63,984 nt of DNA, filler included, from Sluysia triapertura (GCA_046118255.1; 4 parts of 4 records of this genome joined end to end with filler, not necessarily neighbours in it); one strand, 5' to 3'. Shown: positions 38,765-53,025, numbered from the whole stretch's first letter. The notes: generated by a model from the sequence alone, not told the origin. Numbers and translations are program-made.

Positions 38765-39156
38765 TTCACTTCAATTTTCTTCTGCAACCCATGAAGTTCC
38801 CATTCTTTTCACCAATCGTTAAAAGACGCCATAGTTACTACAACTAAAATAACAACCATAATTGCAGCACTTTCGATCCAACTAGCTTCATGTTGATCAA
38901 CATTATTTGTGAGACATTTTGGATAAAACGATGATACTTGTAATGCTTCCCGCATCAATATGAAAGTTGATTTTGGAGAGTGGCGAGAAGGAATAATATT
39001 ATTTCCACATGCAGCTGTACGTGCTCCAATTTTTTCTGGTCCTATTCAAATTTTTCCGAAATTTGAATTTAAAATTTCAATAACATCTGTGCCACGTAAT
39101 TGTAATAAAACTTGTAACTCGTTAGGTCTTAACTTAGAATGTAAATTCTTAGCCAT
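38765..39156 (-). pseudogene. ATP2B: Plasma-membrane Ca2+-ATPase (PMCA/ATP2B) N-terminal pseudogene fragment
   Basis: ELQVLLQLRG..GNNIIP..TFILMREALQ..SFYP..EASWIESAAIMVVILVVVTMASFNDW* then GLQKKIE, resembling PMCA WIEGAAIL..VTAFNDWSKEKQFRGLQ; stops, a frameshift and deletions. Confidence 0.82.
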
Positions 39157-42100
39157 GTAATTAAGTTGCAAATCAACCACTACTATTGTTGGTATGATCA
39201 ATAAATTGATAATTATTAATTATTATATTTTTGTAGATAATTATTTAAAGCATTGGCTTCACTATGCACCAAAAATTTACTAAATTCTACCTCAGATTTA
39301 TTTCATAGTCAAATTGGATGAGTAAAAGTGCACATTGATATAATAAATTCAATAAAATTAAAATACAAATTTCACAGCAACTTTACAAACTGTCACTTAA
39401 AAGAATTAAATTCATTGAACATTAAAAATTTATTAATCTCGAAAATATTTAAATATATTTTACTTATTCCATAATTTCATGATTACATTTAATTAAAAAT
39501 GTTTTAATTATATTTTTTACTTTATCCTTTCAAGACTCAAAAGACGTATAAAATTCTACATTGAAATTATAATTGAACGTACCACTTCACTATTCTGGTA
39601 TACTTAATTGTTCATATGAATTAAGTAATTTCTAATAATGAATAATTTCCATGATTTATTTTTAAAAATATTGCCAAAACAAAATTTCAAGTTTCTATAC
39701 TTTCTTTTATTTAAATCGGCTAAATAATTAACCCGATTTTGAGCCGATGTAATTGTTCATTTAATTGAAGTTTTAAAGCTCCGTCTTGATTTTCACAAAG
39801 AGTATCGCAGTTCAAATAATTTATCATCAGGATCATTGTCATATGGATTTGTTTCCTGCTAATGTTACATTTGTGACGATTTCTGATACTTAGTTTTAAT
39901 AATTGCGTGTCTTTTGCTTAAATTATGGAAGTAGTGTAATTTCTGAGTATTGTTAAGGTTTACAATATAAAGTACTAATGTGAAAATAATTAACACGAAT
40001 TATTAAATGTACATACGAATCACAATAATAGTTAGAATAATAGTAGTGACAATAAAAGTAATAATAACAATAACGATAAGAACAATAATAAGGTAAGATT
40101 TAAGCAAATATAATATTGCTAGAACTATACTTGTGTTTTATATGTATTGTATAGTGGTTTAATATGTAGTTTATTTAATAACTTGTTTATGTATGTGTCA
40201 ATTTGTGTTGATGTTTGCTTGTGATTATTATCATAATATGATCTTTAGTTCACTACAATAATTTTTTGCACAGATGCTGGGTAATTTTAAATTTTCAGTT
40301 GTAGTATTAAAAAATTTTTGTAAACAATATTGTAACTATATTTGAATAATTATAACATAAATTTTTTCTATATAAATTTTGCATAAATAACTGTATAGTG
40401 TACATGATAATATTATTAGTATTATCGAAACAATTTTTATCGGAATATATAAATTGTAATGGTATTATCGTAATAACGTAAATCAATTAAGTTTTACTGA
40501 AATAATTTATTCAATTAAATTTTATTAGTGCAATAATTTATAACTTATGTCATAAATTTTATTATTGGAAAAACTGGTATACAAATACGAAAAGAAATAT
40601 ACAAAAAAACGCAACGGAAAGACTTAATACCAGTAAAATCGTTCGTTAGCATTAGTGGACAGAAATTTTCGAAGACATATTCTCGGTGATTCTGGCATTA
40701 TTGTAAGGTAAAAATATATTAAAATTACCCAGCTTCGTTATCTTAAATTTTTTGTTTAAATAAAATAAAATAAAACTGAATATAGATTACTAAATTATTT
40801 ACTTAAATTTTGGTCTAATTATTAAATTATTGTTTTATGAATCGTTTCAATCATTATCTGCATTATTTAACGGAACTAAAATAAAGTTTTGATTAATTTA
40901 TTTGTTTTAATTTAATGTAAAGAAAAATGTCAAAAATGGATTGATGATTAGAATCGATATAAATTAAGGTTTCGTGCGAAATAAAATAAAGTTATAAAAT
41001 ATACTTATCACAAAATAAAATAGTCTTTATGAAACAAGATACAGTGTTGAAAATAAAGTGAAATTTTTTAAACAATAAAAGATACATTCTCCATTAGGCA
41101 TTTCCATCTCGAACAACTGAGACGAGTGTAAGACTCGCGATATTAAAGAAAATATTTTATAAATCGATTAAGAGTACATAATTATTAACATTCTTTAGAA
41201 ACACAGGAAGTAAAACTTTGAATAAATTAAGTAAATTGATATTAAATAATTAGTGCATATTCAACTAAAAGAACTCAACGTAGAACATTTCAGCATAGTA
41301 TTATAAACTACATACAAATAAACCTTCTTAATTTATAATGTGTCAAATTTTCTATATTTCTTAAACATAGTCTGTATTTGATATCCACTCTTGATTTAAG
41401 ATATAAAAACAGTCTGAATAATCAATCTCGTATTTCTAGTAACTAAAAAAATCATATTTTACAATGTTTAACGAAGTATATTATCTTTTATAATCTCAAC
41501 TTTTAATTTTGTGTGGTATTCTTTTATGTATTAGTATAAGAGTGCTTTATTTCACTTCTCTGCAAAAGAATTTAAAAAAGGGTTCGCCTATAGTAAGTGG
41601 CTAATAACCTTATGGTAGGCACCTCGTAGGATTTCTTTATTTATCAAGAACCAAACAACAAACGATTCCGAGGGAATTATTTCTTTAAAAAGCTTCATAA
41701 ATATTCTTATTCTATTATTTTATTTTTATTCTATTATTTGCTAGCTTAATGCATTGAGGTCTTTACAAAATTATTGCAAAATAATACTTATTTTATTGGT
41801 GATCTTGTATCTACCTCTATTGTTATAATACTCCAATGTTCATAAAATTTAGTGGATAACCAAATACCCTTAAGTAGGCTATGTTAACACTATTCTTTTC
41901 AATTTCTTCTTACTTTATAAAAATTTATATTATTGTGATTTAATCGTTTTAGAGATGACTTTTATAATCACTTAAAACTTGAAAATAAAATAACGTAATA
42001 AACCTAGAAATTATATTACCAAAATATAATGAACTACTAAGATAAATTATATAATAAATACATAAAAACAATGTGATTTTAATATATTAAACTTTGCTTG

Positions 42101-42499
42101 AGTCATTTTAAAATTTTAATGAATATTTTTATAGGAGCCTTAAGCTGTTTATGAAAATGTTTTTAAAAAGATATTAATCAAGTAATTTTGAGGGATGCCT
42201 AAGAATTTTTTAATTATAATTTAGTAGTACATTTCACTTTTAATTTTCTATCTTAAATTTCTTTGTTTTTAATATGCTGATGACTTCAATTATAATTTTA
42301 TTTATAACATTATTTACCATTTTTGATTTATATCCTAAGTCATGTATTTTTAATAAATTAAAAGCCGGTTTAAGGCCTGGAAAACAACTTCCTCGAAATT
42401 TAAGAGGCAAGTTGGTTTAAATAACAAAATATCACACCAAAGATAAATTATAACAAAGATTAATCATGTTAAAAGAGCTACAACATTGTTCGTTCAAGC

Positions 42500-43450
42500 C
42501 AGATGTGTGTAATTTCAAATTAAGCATATAAGTATTATAAGAGACTCTTTCATAATTACCAAACAGTCTTGATAACAATGTTGTAATGATTCGAAATTTT
42601 CTGACCATTCAGAAATGTTTTTACCATAAAATAAAATCTGATTAACATTGGTTTAAACCGCAGTTCACCATTTTAAACAAATAAGATTGCTTGAAATAAT
42701 TTAAATCATCAGTAAAAATTGTTTGAATTATTTTCAGTCATAAAATAGACTCACAAGTAATCAAAACGTTTCTTGCGGTTTTCGTAACCTGGTACGGTTT
42801 CTAACGTTGTTAAGTAATTTTAAACATTGAAATATTTTCTGCTATCTGATAAACATCTTCAGATTTAATAAAGGCGCCTATACTATTTGATACTGCAGCA
42901 CAACTATTAGATTTAATTTGCCTTTTTGCAATTGAAGTGTAAATAATTTACTGATACTATCTTGTGTTGATTGTTCGATTTTTTCAATATTCATTTAGCA
43001 AGACGTATTGCACTTTCAGCATAATTTCTTCTTGCTTCACGCATGCAATTTCTATTAACAAAGGAGGTAAAACTTGAAAAGCAATAGTTCGATTAAGTCC
43101 ATCAATTCTAACCTGTAATTTAATTACTTCATTTGTAACTACAATATCTGAATTTCTGTTGGCCTTTACCATTTCAAATTTCGATGTTAGTGTGTTCATG
43201 TTTCAAATATTTTGCACAGTATTTACTTAGAGATAATAGTAGATTTTGTCCTGCAATGTTCACCCAAACCCAATTGATCAATTTACCTCTTAACTCTTTG
43301 CCATTACATCCAACCACTTTGAACGCCGCCAAGTGATTCATAAAATCATAAACAATATATAGTACCTTATAATCGTGATCAAGCACTACGCATATATCAC
43401 TGTACAATTTACAAGTAAATATATATTCAGAAATTTATTTGAGAAATCAT
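42500..43450 (-). mobile_element. Degenerate gypsy-like pol (protease and RNase H remnants)
   Basis: VVGCNGKEL is protease-like; AAVSNSIGA and KFRIIT..LSRLFG are RNase H-like. Confidence 0.5.
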
Positions 43451-45924
43451 TTATTTTAGTATCGGTTTTATTGAAAATATAAATCATCAAGAGAAAATCA
43501 AAGTTTTTAAGTTTGCTATTTTACTTTTAATTAGTAGCTTTGCAATTCCCAAATTTAAACTGTGTACATTATTACTTTGATATGAATTTATTAAATATTC
43601 TCTAGGTTTTATGACATTTATTTGAGCATCAAATGCAGTATTTTGATAATTTGGTAATTTCGATTTATGCACTATAGGATGCCAAATAATAGGAGTCTTG
43701 ATTGGAAACATTGAATAAATCATGCATGGTAAATTTGTTGGAGCGATTGGTAAATGTTACTGACTCAATTGAAGTTTTTTGAGAGCACATATCTTGAATA
43801 ATAATTTCCTATTGACCATAAATTTAGCAACTTAAGCCGCACTTTTTGAATCACTAACTCATACTATTCAGGGAGGTTTGAAATTAGTTATCGAATACAA
43901 ATACTTTGTCATCGTTATTCATTACTGGTTCATTTTCGAAATTAATACTAAGAGGTGTAGGATACAACCCGAAACTTCCAAATGATTTATTTCAAAAATA
44001 ATGCAAGAATAAACGTTCTGTATAAATGATACTTTGTCTAACTAAAAATTTGACAAATTTAATAGCAACAATATTGATTAATTAATTGATTTTTTAATGC
44101 TTAAATTTTTATTGTATTTGTTACATAGTTTTTTAAAGATAAATAGTCGAACGATAGGAATTTTTGTAGAGATAATATCAAATTAAAGATAATGACAAGA
44201 GCTTTCATTTACAACGTACGATTTGGTTAGACATCCAATCAATTGTTGTGTAATTTGAGAGCAGACTAAGAGTATTAATGGTTAATTATGTTAGTTGTCT
44301 CAAATGACAGATTGTGTCTGATTTATTAGGTAGCAACTGTATTAATGTAGTTATTTGATTCAGATTGTAGTAATGATAATAATGGTGAGTAATGAGAATA
44401 ATACGAGACTAATAAATAATTAAAATTAAATAGTAACAATAATATCTGATAAAATAATAGTAACAAGATAAAATGCATAAATTCTTGTACTTTTATATTA
44501 CATAATCTTTCTTTTTTTAAAATACAAAAATACTTCTTACATTAAAATTTTTTGTTAAATTTAATAAAATTCTTTTCTTTTCTTAATTTCTTATGATTTA
44601 TTTTCTTGTACACTTATTTTAAAAAGAATTGATTAAAATAAATTCTTATTGAATTAAAAATAGCTTTAATGTGTGTTTAATATTTTTCAATTATATAAAA
44701 GGTTGAGTGTTAAAAGGTTGTGAAATTTGAATGTTTTGGCTTAATATGGCAATAGATATTTGATTACTTAAAATATAATTGTGGTTCTATTGCTATGGGA
44801 TAATGAATAAAATGTTTTGAATGAATTTTAAATGAACATTGACGTTTTTGAATAAACGTATAGTTTGGATATTGAAAGATTGTAAGTTTAAAATGTTTTG
44901 AAGTATAAAAATAGTTTTAATGAATCTAAAAAATGTAAAATATGAAAACGTTTTTAGTGAATTATGAAAAGGTAATAATGTAGAATGTTAATGGATGTAG
45001 TGATTTAATGAAATGATTGTTTAAATTTTAAGCGAGAGGTTGGCCGCCACACTTATCAAAAATGTATTTATCAGTATTCAAAAAATTTTACTTAGGTAAC
45101 AAATAGCGACTGACGGCTTTATTTAGTAACAAAAGAAGTAATATAAATTCTATTTGATCAATTAATGGTACCTTTCAATATTCAATTGTAACTTATTTAT
45201 TTTTTATGTAAAACACGTCCTGGTTGAAAATTTAAATATTCTACCGAATTAGTCCCATTATTTTTAAAAGGTTCATAACAAAAGCAAATTTTATTTTCAT
45301 AAATTAAATAAAATTCTTCATTTGGGTAAATAAAAAAAGTAGTTAAATTTACTAATTTATTTGCTTTAACTGGAAATGAAAATGAATATGAACATCGTAT
45401 ATTTTACCATAGTCTTTGTTCGACAGTTTTTACGTATGTCATATTTACTATCATAGGAATAAGTGAAATGATAAATAACTATATGCACTTAACATACATA
45501 CAAGAATTAAAAAAGCAGAAATCAGTAAATCGAGCAGCAACAATAATGCAGTAATAACAAATATAGAGAATCATGAAGTAGAATGAACAAAATAACAGAA
45601 AATAGCATAATGAAAACAATAATGCAATAATAACAATGTTAACTATAATTTAAATAAAGTTAAATTGTAAGATAAGTTGTAAAATTGTGCATAATTGTTA
45701 AAGTGAGAAGCATTATAAAGATTCTTTCTGTGCTTTATATGTTTGCTAATTTGATGTTTCGTGTTATATTGCGTTGAGGTTTGATCAGGATTTTATTTAT
45801 AAAAAATGTTTTAGATTGTGTTGTTTGCCTACGATTGTGTTTATGATTAGAGTGTTTTTATTTTGAAGCTCATCTTAGTAATCTTACACAAAACAAATTT
45901 ACGATTTATAATGAAATATTTTTA

Positions 45925-46105
45925 ATGAAGATAATCATCCGGCTTATCCACCAGGCGCGATGCTGGAGGATCGAAGCTTGATATAGGATTAATGAAAATT
46001 CACGGAAGTTCAGAATTTATGCCGAGGATTAAATGTTGAAATGTGTTGAAATCGATTGACGCTATATTGTAGGTAACTCAGAATACGTATGGAAATTTGG
46101 AATAA
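45925..46105 (+). mobile_element. Possible pogo/Tigger transposase remnant
   Basis: DNHPAYPP resembles DNAPxHPP; otherwise highly degenerate. Confidence 0.3.
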
Positions 46106-49100
46106 TAGATCGTAAATCTTTCATTTATTATCTTTTTTAAACTCGGATATAAAATTCTACTTTGGCGTGTGTGAAAATCGGCGTTTTTAAAACGCTTATA
46201 TATATGCAAGTATTTTATTGATAAAAACTTAACTTATACTTACAAAAAGACTCTGACGGTCAGTTCACCTAATTAGATATGATTTAAATCTGATTTAAAA
46301 CTAATTTAAATCTGATATGATTTAAAAGACGTTCTAATTAGGATTTTAATAATCTCAACGTAGCGATAAAGTTTACTTACGGCGAATCAATGTAAATTAT
46401 AAGATGTTCCAAAGAATTCGTATAAAATCTATGAACAAATATAAACAAAACAATTAAAGTGTACGAACTTAAAATAACTAAATTGTGAGTAAAGACAATA
46501 TTATATAAATAAACGATTTTGATTCATTCTCAATGTAAGTTAGCCAATTGTTTCAATATTTTAAATGTTAAGTCAGCCTGTTACGGTATGACAATTATTT
46601 GTAGATTGTAGAAGTTGAATCAGCCAGTTACGGTCTGATTTACTTATTAAAATTTTCATTTATATCCAACAATTAAATTATAATATACCAAAAATGTATT
46701 ATCTACAAAATTATTTAATCTAGTAATCTACAATAAATGAATAATAAAAAGAAATCGAATATAATATTGATAAGGATTTTAACACCTTAAGAGTAAGTCT
46801 TTGGTGTGAGAAATCAATGTATTTTAAAAAGAAGTTAACCTAGAGAGTTACGGTCTAGGACAAATAATAAGATTTTAAGTGTATTTTAATAATATCCTAT
46901 CACTTACGATTAGGAATTTTAAAACTTATTTAAAAACTTTATCTGCTGTCGAGACAATCGCAAATAGTCGAGAGAAATTGTGTGTTGTCATGTGAATTTT
47001 ATAAATCCAAAAATTTCACTATATGCAAACAAGAATTTTTTGATTTAAATATTTTTAATTAAATATTTCTTCTCTTATGGTAAATTTATTAATTTGTATT
47101 AAAATCGAATATTTTATTTTTCAATTTATTAAAATTTTGTTAAATTTAAATTTTAACTTTTAATATTTATATTATTTAATGTAATACAAATACAGATTTT
47201 TAACATTTATTTATCATAGTGGTAAATAACTTCAATAATAATAAAATAACATCAATAGTAATAACTTCAACAATGCATTTTTATTTTCTAGACAGAATAA
47301 GTTTTAACGAAATTATCACCAGAGATTAAGAGTTCATTTCAACACATTCAAATATTTATGCCTTTTAATTTTTAATATATATAGCCAAAGTTTAAGATCA
47401 AATATATATAAATATATATGTATAGAATTAAATTCGTTACTAGAATATTAAATCAGAGAGAAGATGCTATACAATGAAAATTGAATAATTATTGTCTATG
47501 AATTATTAAGAACAAAAATATTATACCACAATATTTCAGAATTAAAGAAAAAGTACATAAAACTATTTATATTACTTTATGGATGATTTCCATTATTATT
47601 TTGTGGATAATTTACTATTTGGTCATTCAGTGTTATTGTTTTGAGACTAATTTTATTACAATTTCGTGAACAATTAAGAAAACCATTTTCACATAACATT
47701 TGGAGTCATTTGGAGTACAGTAATTCAAATTCCAAATTAATATTCTTTATAATAAAAAATGTTTCATTAAGCATAGCCTTAAATATTTATCTTTTCTCGT
47801 AAAGAAGAAAATTGAAATAATATAATTTAGTAATTTTTTGTTTATATATTAAAAATGAAATAAAATTACACTTTCATCTTTGTCAAACAAAGCCTGAGTT
47901 AAAAAACACGATAATTCATAATTATAAAGTTTATAGTTCTATTAAACATTTTAGAGTCAATGGAAAAATTTTATAAAGTTTCTGAATAAGGTAATGCTGT
48001 GAAATATGCAAAAGTAAGTAAAGATTGCCAAACATTAAACTTTTAATAAAGTTTTATTAAATAATCTGTAATATTTTAATTAGAATAAGGTATATTTGTA
48101 AATAGTTTATGTTTTTTACAAATTTATTAATTAGAAAAATAATGTATATTTGCAAATATTATTTAAAATATACCAATTAGAAAATAATATTTTAATTTAA
48201 TTGTAATTATTTTTATCTAATAAATCAATTTTGAAAGATAAATATTTGGACATTTTATTTATCATAAAAATCATTTTATTTCTGATAATGTCAAATAAAT
48301 TATTTATCATAAAAAATCATTTCATGTTAAAGGCAAATTTTAGAAACAAATTATTTAAAAACAATTATCTTTTTGACGGAAAAATAAAAGCGATTTAATT
48401 GATATAAAACAAACTTCTAAAACGAGAACTTCATACAATAATAGATCACAACAGTAAAATACAGAAATAAAATTTAGTTATCTTAATTTGTTTTCGAAGA
48501 ACGCTATTTCTCGAAATCAGGAATCTCTCTACGATGTACGCCGAGACATTTGGAAAATTTAAACAAACGATCTTATACTTGGAAATTGATTTAATTTATG
48601 ATCTCCTAATTGGAATTTGTAATAGGTTTGTCTACAATATTATTTTTATTTTCATTTAATTATTTTTAATTATTTTTTATTTTTAAATTATTTTTACATT
48701 TTCATGCCCAAGAATTTCTCCTGAGTTAAACTATATTTCTAAAATCTGTTTATTGTGTTTAAATACCTAATTTTGTATTTTTGTATTTATTTTCTAAATT
48801 TATTTTTATTGTGACATAAGGAAGATTTATAATATTAAAATAGCCATTTTGTTAAAGACAGTTTTCGTGCAGTTTAGGTTTAGTGTTAAGCATACCTCTA
48901 CATTCGTAGCAAAAGAAGAATTCATTCATTTGAAATACTTTACGTGCATAGGAATATCCTCTTATAAAGAAAAAGTCTTGAAGCAACGTCTTCCACGTAT
49001 TTAAATCGTTGACTTCAAGCGAACCTGTTAATCAAATTTATATTTGCTAGAGTATAAGTTGTTAGGAAACATAATAAATCTCAGCAATTATATTAAATAT

Positions 49101-49116
49101 ATTCTTACATTATTAC

Positions 49117-49152
<36 letters not shown>

Positions 49153-49289
49153 TATTATTATTATTATTATTTGTTGCATTTCCTTTAAAAGTGCAATAAT
49201 ATGATAATCGTTATTTGTCACTTATCTTCGGATACATTGTTTTCGGATTTTTCGCATAGTATGGTGATGGTTGGTATTTTAATTTTCGA

Positions 49290-49347
<58 letters not shown>

Positions 49348-49446
49348 GTAACTGCGCATAATTACTTTATAACTTTCGGAATGAATATCAATACTTTATT
49401 ATTCTAAGTTTTACCATTTATGATGTAAATATTACTTTTAATTTAG

Positions 49447-49673
49447 ACTGTAAATTTGTACCAAGGTGTGTTATGGTAGACATGGAGCCTTCAATACTTA
49501 ATTGCATATTGTGTTGTTCTCATAAAGAATTTTTTAATCCAGATTGGGTCATAAGTGGATGCCATGGATCTGGTAGTAATTGGGCTAAAGGTCATTTAAC
49601 CGATGGGGTTGAATTAGTTGACAGTACTCTTGATTTATTGAGAAAAATAACTGAAAATTGTGAAACTCTTGTT
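49447..49673 (+). CDS. TUBB: Divergent beta-tubulin exon
   Basis: KFVPRCVMVDMEPS...GSGSNWAKGHLTDGVELVDSTLDLLRKITENCETL; AG and gtaagt boundaries. Confidence 0.88.
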
Positions 49674-50222
49674 GTAAGTTTACTTCACGGATTGTCTTGA
49701 TTGAAAACAGCAATTATTAAAATTTTACAACCTCTAAAATCTCATAATTTTTAAAATTAAAGTTTTAATCTAATCTGCAAAATAGGTTTAGTTCTTCAAC
49801 GCATCAAGAATATTGTGCAGAGCTTAAATAACAGCCATTAATAAAATACCAATGTTTTCTTCCTAATTCCTGACAATGTAATTTTAAAATACATGTTAGG
49901 AAGGAAAACAATTCTATTTTTAAATCGTATTTTACAAAGTGAATCTTCTAAACCATATTGAAAAATCGATATATATTAAATGAGACCCTCATTTTCAAGT
50001 TAGTTAAAATCCTATAGGTACGTTTTTCGTAATAATATAAAACATATACCGTAGGTGGACCCATAATATTAATAAAATCATTTTTGCTACAAAAACAAAG
50101 CATTTGTATCTGTGTAATTATTGATACTTTCTAATATATGAGTATATGTTTTGTTTGAAAATGTGTTTTATTTTTCAAAATAAAATTTTTTTTCAACTCA
50201 AAAATTATAATTTTATATTTAA

Positions 50223-51029
50223 CCCTTAAGCTACCACGGCAAAAAGTCACAACTTTTACCAAGCTTTGTCAAATTTGACCAACATTCAAATTTCATAAAG
50301 TAGTACAAGATAATTAAAATATACGAATCACTTTTATTCATTCGACACCGAATCTGGCATTGATTGGCATAGGTTACATAATATTTGTTCGCAGAATGAA
50401 ATTTTGCACATGTGGAACATTTTAAACTAACTTTTGGCATTTTTTTCTTTACCTTATAACCATTTGCTTCGCCATTAACTGCTAACCATAAATCGCTTAT
50501 ATTATGCTTGGAATCATGGTTAGAACCCGTCATAATAAGAATCCCAAGAACGCGTTGACTTGGATATAATATAGTGTCTCCGCTCTTATGTCGGTTAGTG
50601 TAATAAACAATATTTTCAACCATAGACTCGTTCATAAATTTGCCAAATGATTCAATACTTGACTCACATTTCCTTTTCCTGTATTTCCTGCTGTTTCTTT
50701 CATGACGTTTGTCTATATCTTCTGTCTGTCGATGGATGTGATTCGTACTGCTTGCCTGGTTTCGCTATTACCAGATCGCTTCCTTCATTTTGTTCTTCTT
50801 GTTCTTCTTTACCAGTGTCTCCGTGTAAATTCATATCATTTTCGATTATGTGGAATAAAGTAGATGCGTTTATATTTTTTGAATAAAATAACTGATTTTG
50901 ATGCATAAGGTTTAAAGTGAAAGGAAAGATCATGTAAAAGAATTACTTTTATCTAGCTCAATAAAATGAATTTGAGACTAATTCTAATTTCTTGGTCATT
51001 TTTGACTAAACTTAGTAACTGAAAGGCTA
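50223..51029 (-). mobile_element. Internally deleted piggyBac in the tubulin intron
   Basis: IVYYTN..LGILIMTGSNHD..ISDLW and a C-terminal CSTC; TTAA-CCCTT..GTCAAATTTGACC at one end and GGTCATTTTTGAC..GAAAGG..TTAA at the other. Confidence 0.75.
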
Positions 51030-51162
51030 TTAATGTAAAACCAGTACTTTTATTTATAAAAATTTATTTTTGGTACATTTTTCTGGAAAAAATTAATCCT
51101 TGAGAATTTCAATTAAATTAATCTATTCTTTATTTCAATATTTAGTATTTAAATTCATTTAG

Positions 51163-51291
51163 GGTTTTCAAATGATTCATTCACTTGGAGGAGGTACAGG
51201 ATCTGGATTAGGTTGCTTGCTTACTAATAGAATAAAAGAAAACTTCTCTGATAAAATTATGTGTAATTTTTCAATTTTTCCGTCGTCTAAG
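51163..51291 (+). CDS. TUBB: Divergent beta-tubulin exon with tubulin signature
   Basis: [43 protein letters not shown]; phase-0 splice from the previous exon. Confidence 0.9.
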
Positions 51292-51459
51292 GTTATTTAT
51301 TATTAATAACCTTATTTTTTAATTTGAGGCAAAACAATAAGAGCTAAATCTTTGAGTTACATAGATGCTAAAATATGTTACTTTTCAAAAACTTTGATAT
51401 TCCAAAAAACTTTTTCAGGCTATAACTTTTGTTGTGTTCTCTAATTTCTCAAACCAACA

Positions 51460-51560
51460 ATTATAGAAATTATATTATGAGTTCGCCTGTAATTTGTGAT
51501 TTATATCTCTACGGAAGACACAGTTACAGAATGTAGTCAAATAGCTATGAAAAGAATCCC
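51460..51560 (+). repeat. Dispersed repeat with an inverted copy at ~55165-55262
   Basis: GTTCGCCTGTAATTTGTG..TTATATC..TACGGAAGACACA.TTACAG is shared by both copies. Confidence 0.8.
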
Positions 51561-52967
51561 TAATAATTACGATAAATTTTTTAACTATAATCTTTTACAA
51601 CTGACCAGGGTCTTTAACTTAATGTTATTATTCGCGATACTTATATAATTTTATTAACAAACTTTTATATAATTATTCTCTATATAACGTGCGACTCATT
51701 ATTTAAAAAATCGTAACGTGGAACGATAAAAGTTCTCAATAAAAATTATACGAAACAAGAGTTTATTCAACTTAATCCTATTAATCTTATAACAGAGATT
51801 TTCTATTATTCAGATGACTCTTTCCAATTTTATTTTCAACTTTATTTTAAATTTCTCTAACTGTAATTAACTCATTTAAATATTCGATAACTATTTCTTA
51901 CTTTATACTCACATTTAAAATCAATATATCTAATTCAAATTCTAGATAAACAAATATGAACAAAGATTTATTCAACGGTAATAAAATATAAAATGTAATG
52001 TTACAGATGATCAAATAAAAATATAATGATATAGTCAGATAAACATTACGGAGTTAATCCTTAATTAAATTTACAATTTTAGTTAAATAAATTAATCCAG
52101 GCGAATACTTGGAATTGAAAATAATTAATATTTTGAGTGTATATTAATGCTAATTATCAAAGCGAATTCCTTATAAATTACCAACTTACGATGTCATAAT
52201 TTGAAAATGGAAATTCCAAATTGTCTTTTAGATGTCTCGTAATATAAATAAGATCCCACTGGATACGGTATTCCAAATCAAGAATTTCTAACAATTATAG
52301 TGTTCCCAGAAGAGTTGTAAACGAATTATATTAAAATTGGATTCTTCTCAAGGAATAATAATTAAACTATTTCAAAAATTCGAATCTCTTAAACTTGTTG
52401 AATTATAATCACTCAAATTTTGAATCACTCTGTTTGATGGATGTCCTGTTGTCAAAATGTTACTATTTTATATACTGACGTTGCTTATGAGATAATTAAA
52501 TAATTTATTTGCTTGTCATTGTAATTTTTTATTTTATACTCATCATAAAATAGTAATAAATAATAAAATAATAAATCCATAAACTATATTTATTTTTTTT
52601 AATTTTCTTTTTAAGAATTTTACAATTTAAAATACAAAAATTATTAAAATATTAAACATAGTTAAATTCTAAATATTAAAATTATTAAATATTAAAAATT
52701 AAATATTAAAATATGAAAAATTACGTCTTTACTTATTTTATTTACATCCACTTATAAATTTAAAATTTGTACCATTACTCTTTGCACTTTGAAATTATGG
52801 ATTTTAATCAAATTATTTTATTTTTAAATGAATTGTGTAGTAGTATATCGGATATTCATTTATTTTCAGAAACACTAAACAATCATTACGTTAAATATTA
52901 GAAGTAAAACAATATAATACTTTTGTACTTTAATATATACCCTTTATTTCTGTTAGACTTCGTAAAA

Positions 52968-53025
52968 TGGACTGACCGGGGATCGAACCCGGGACCATCG
53001 CTGCGCAGTTCGAATGCTCTACCAC
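52968..53025 (-). tRNA. Partial tRNA-like sequence (pseudo-tRNA or tRNA-SINE head), 5' end lost in the gap
   Basis: GTGGTAGAGC (A box/D arm) and CCGGGTTCGATCCCCGG (B box/T arm); the anticodon stem pairs poorly, so the isotype is unassigned. Confidence 0.65.

Noticed and set aside
49201-49407. Poly-Ile, poly-Tyr and poly-Leu ORFs (also 38117-38302 and 55588-55914)
   Set aside because: Translations of (ATT)n microsatellite or low-complexity DNA.
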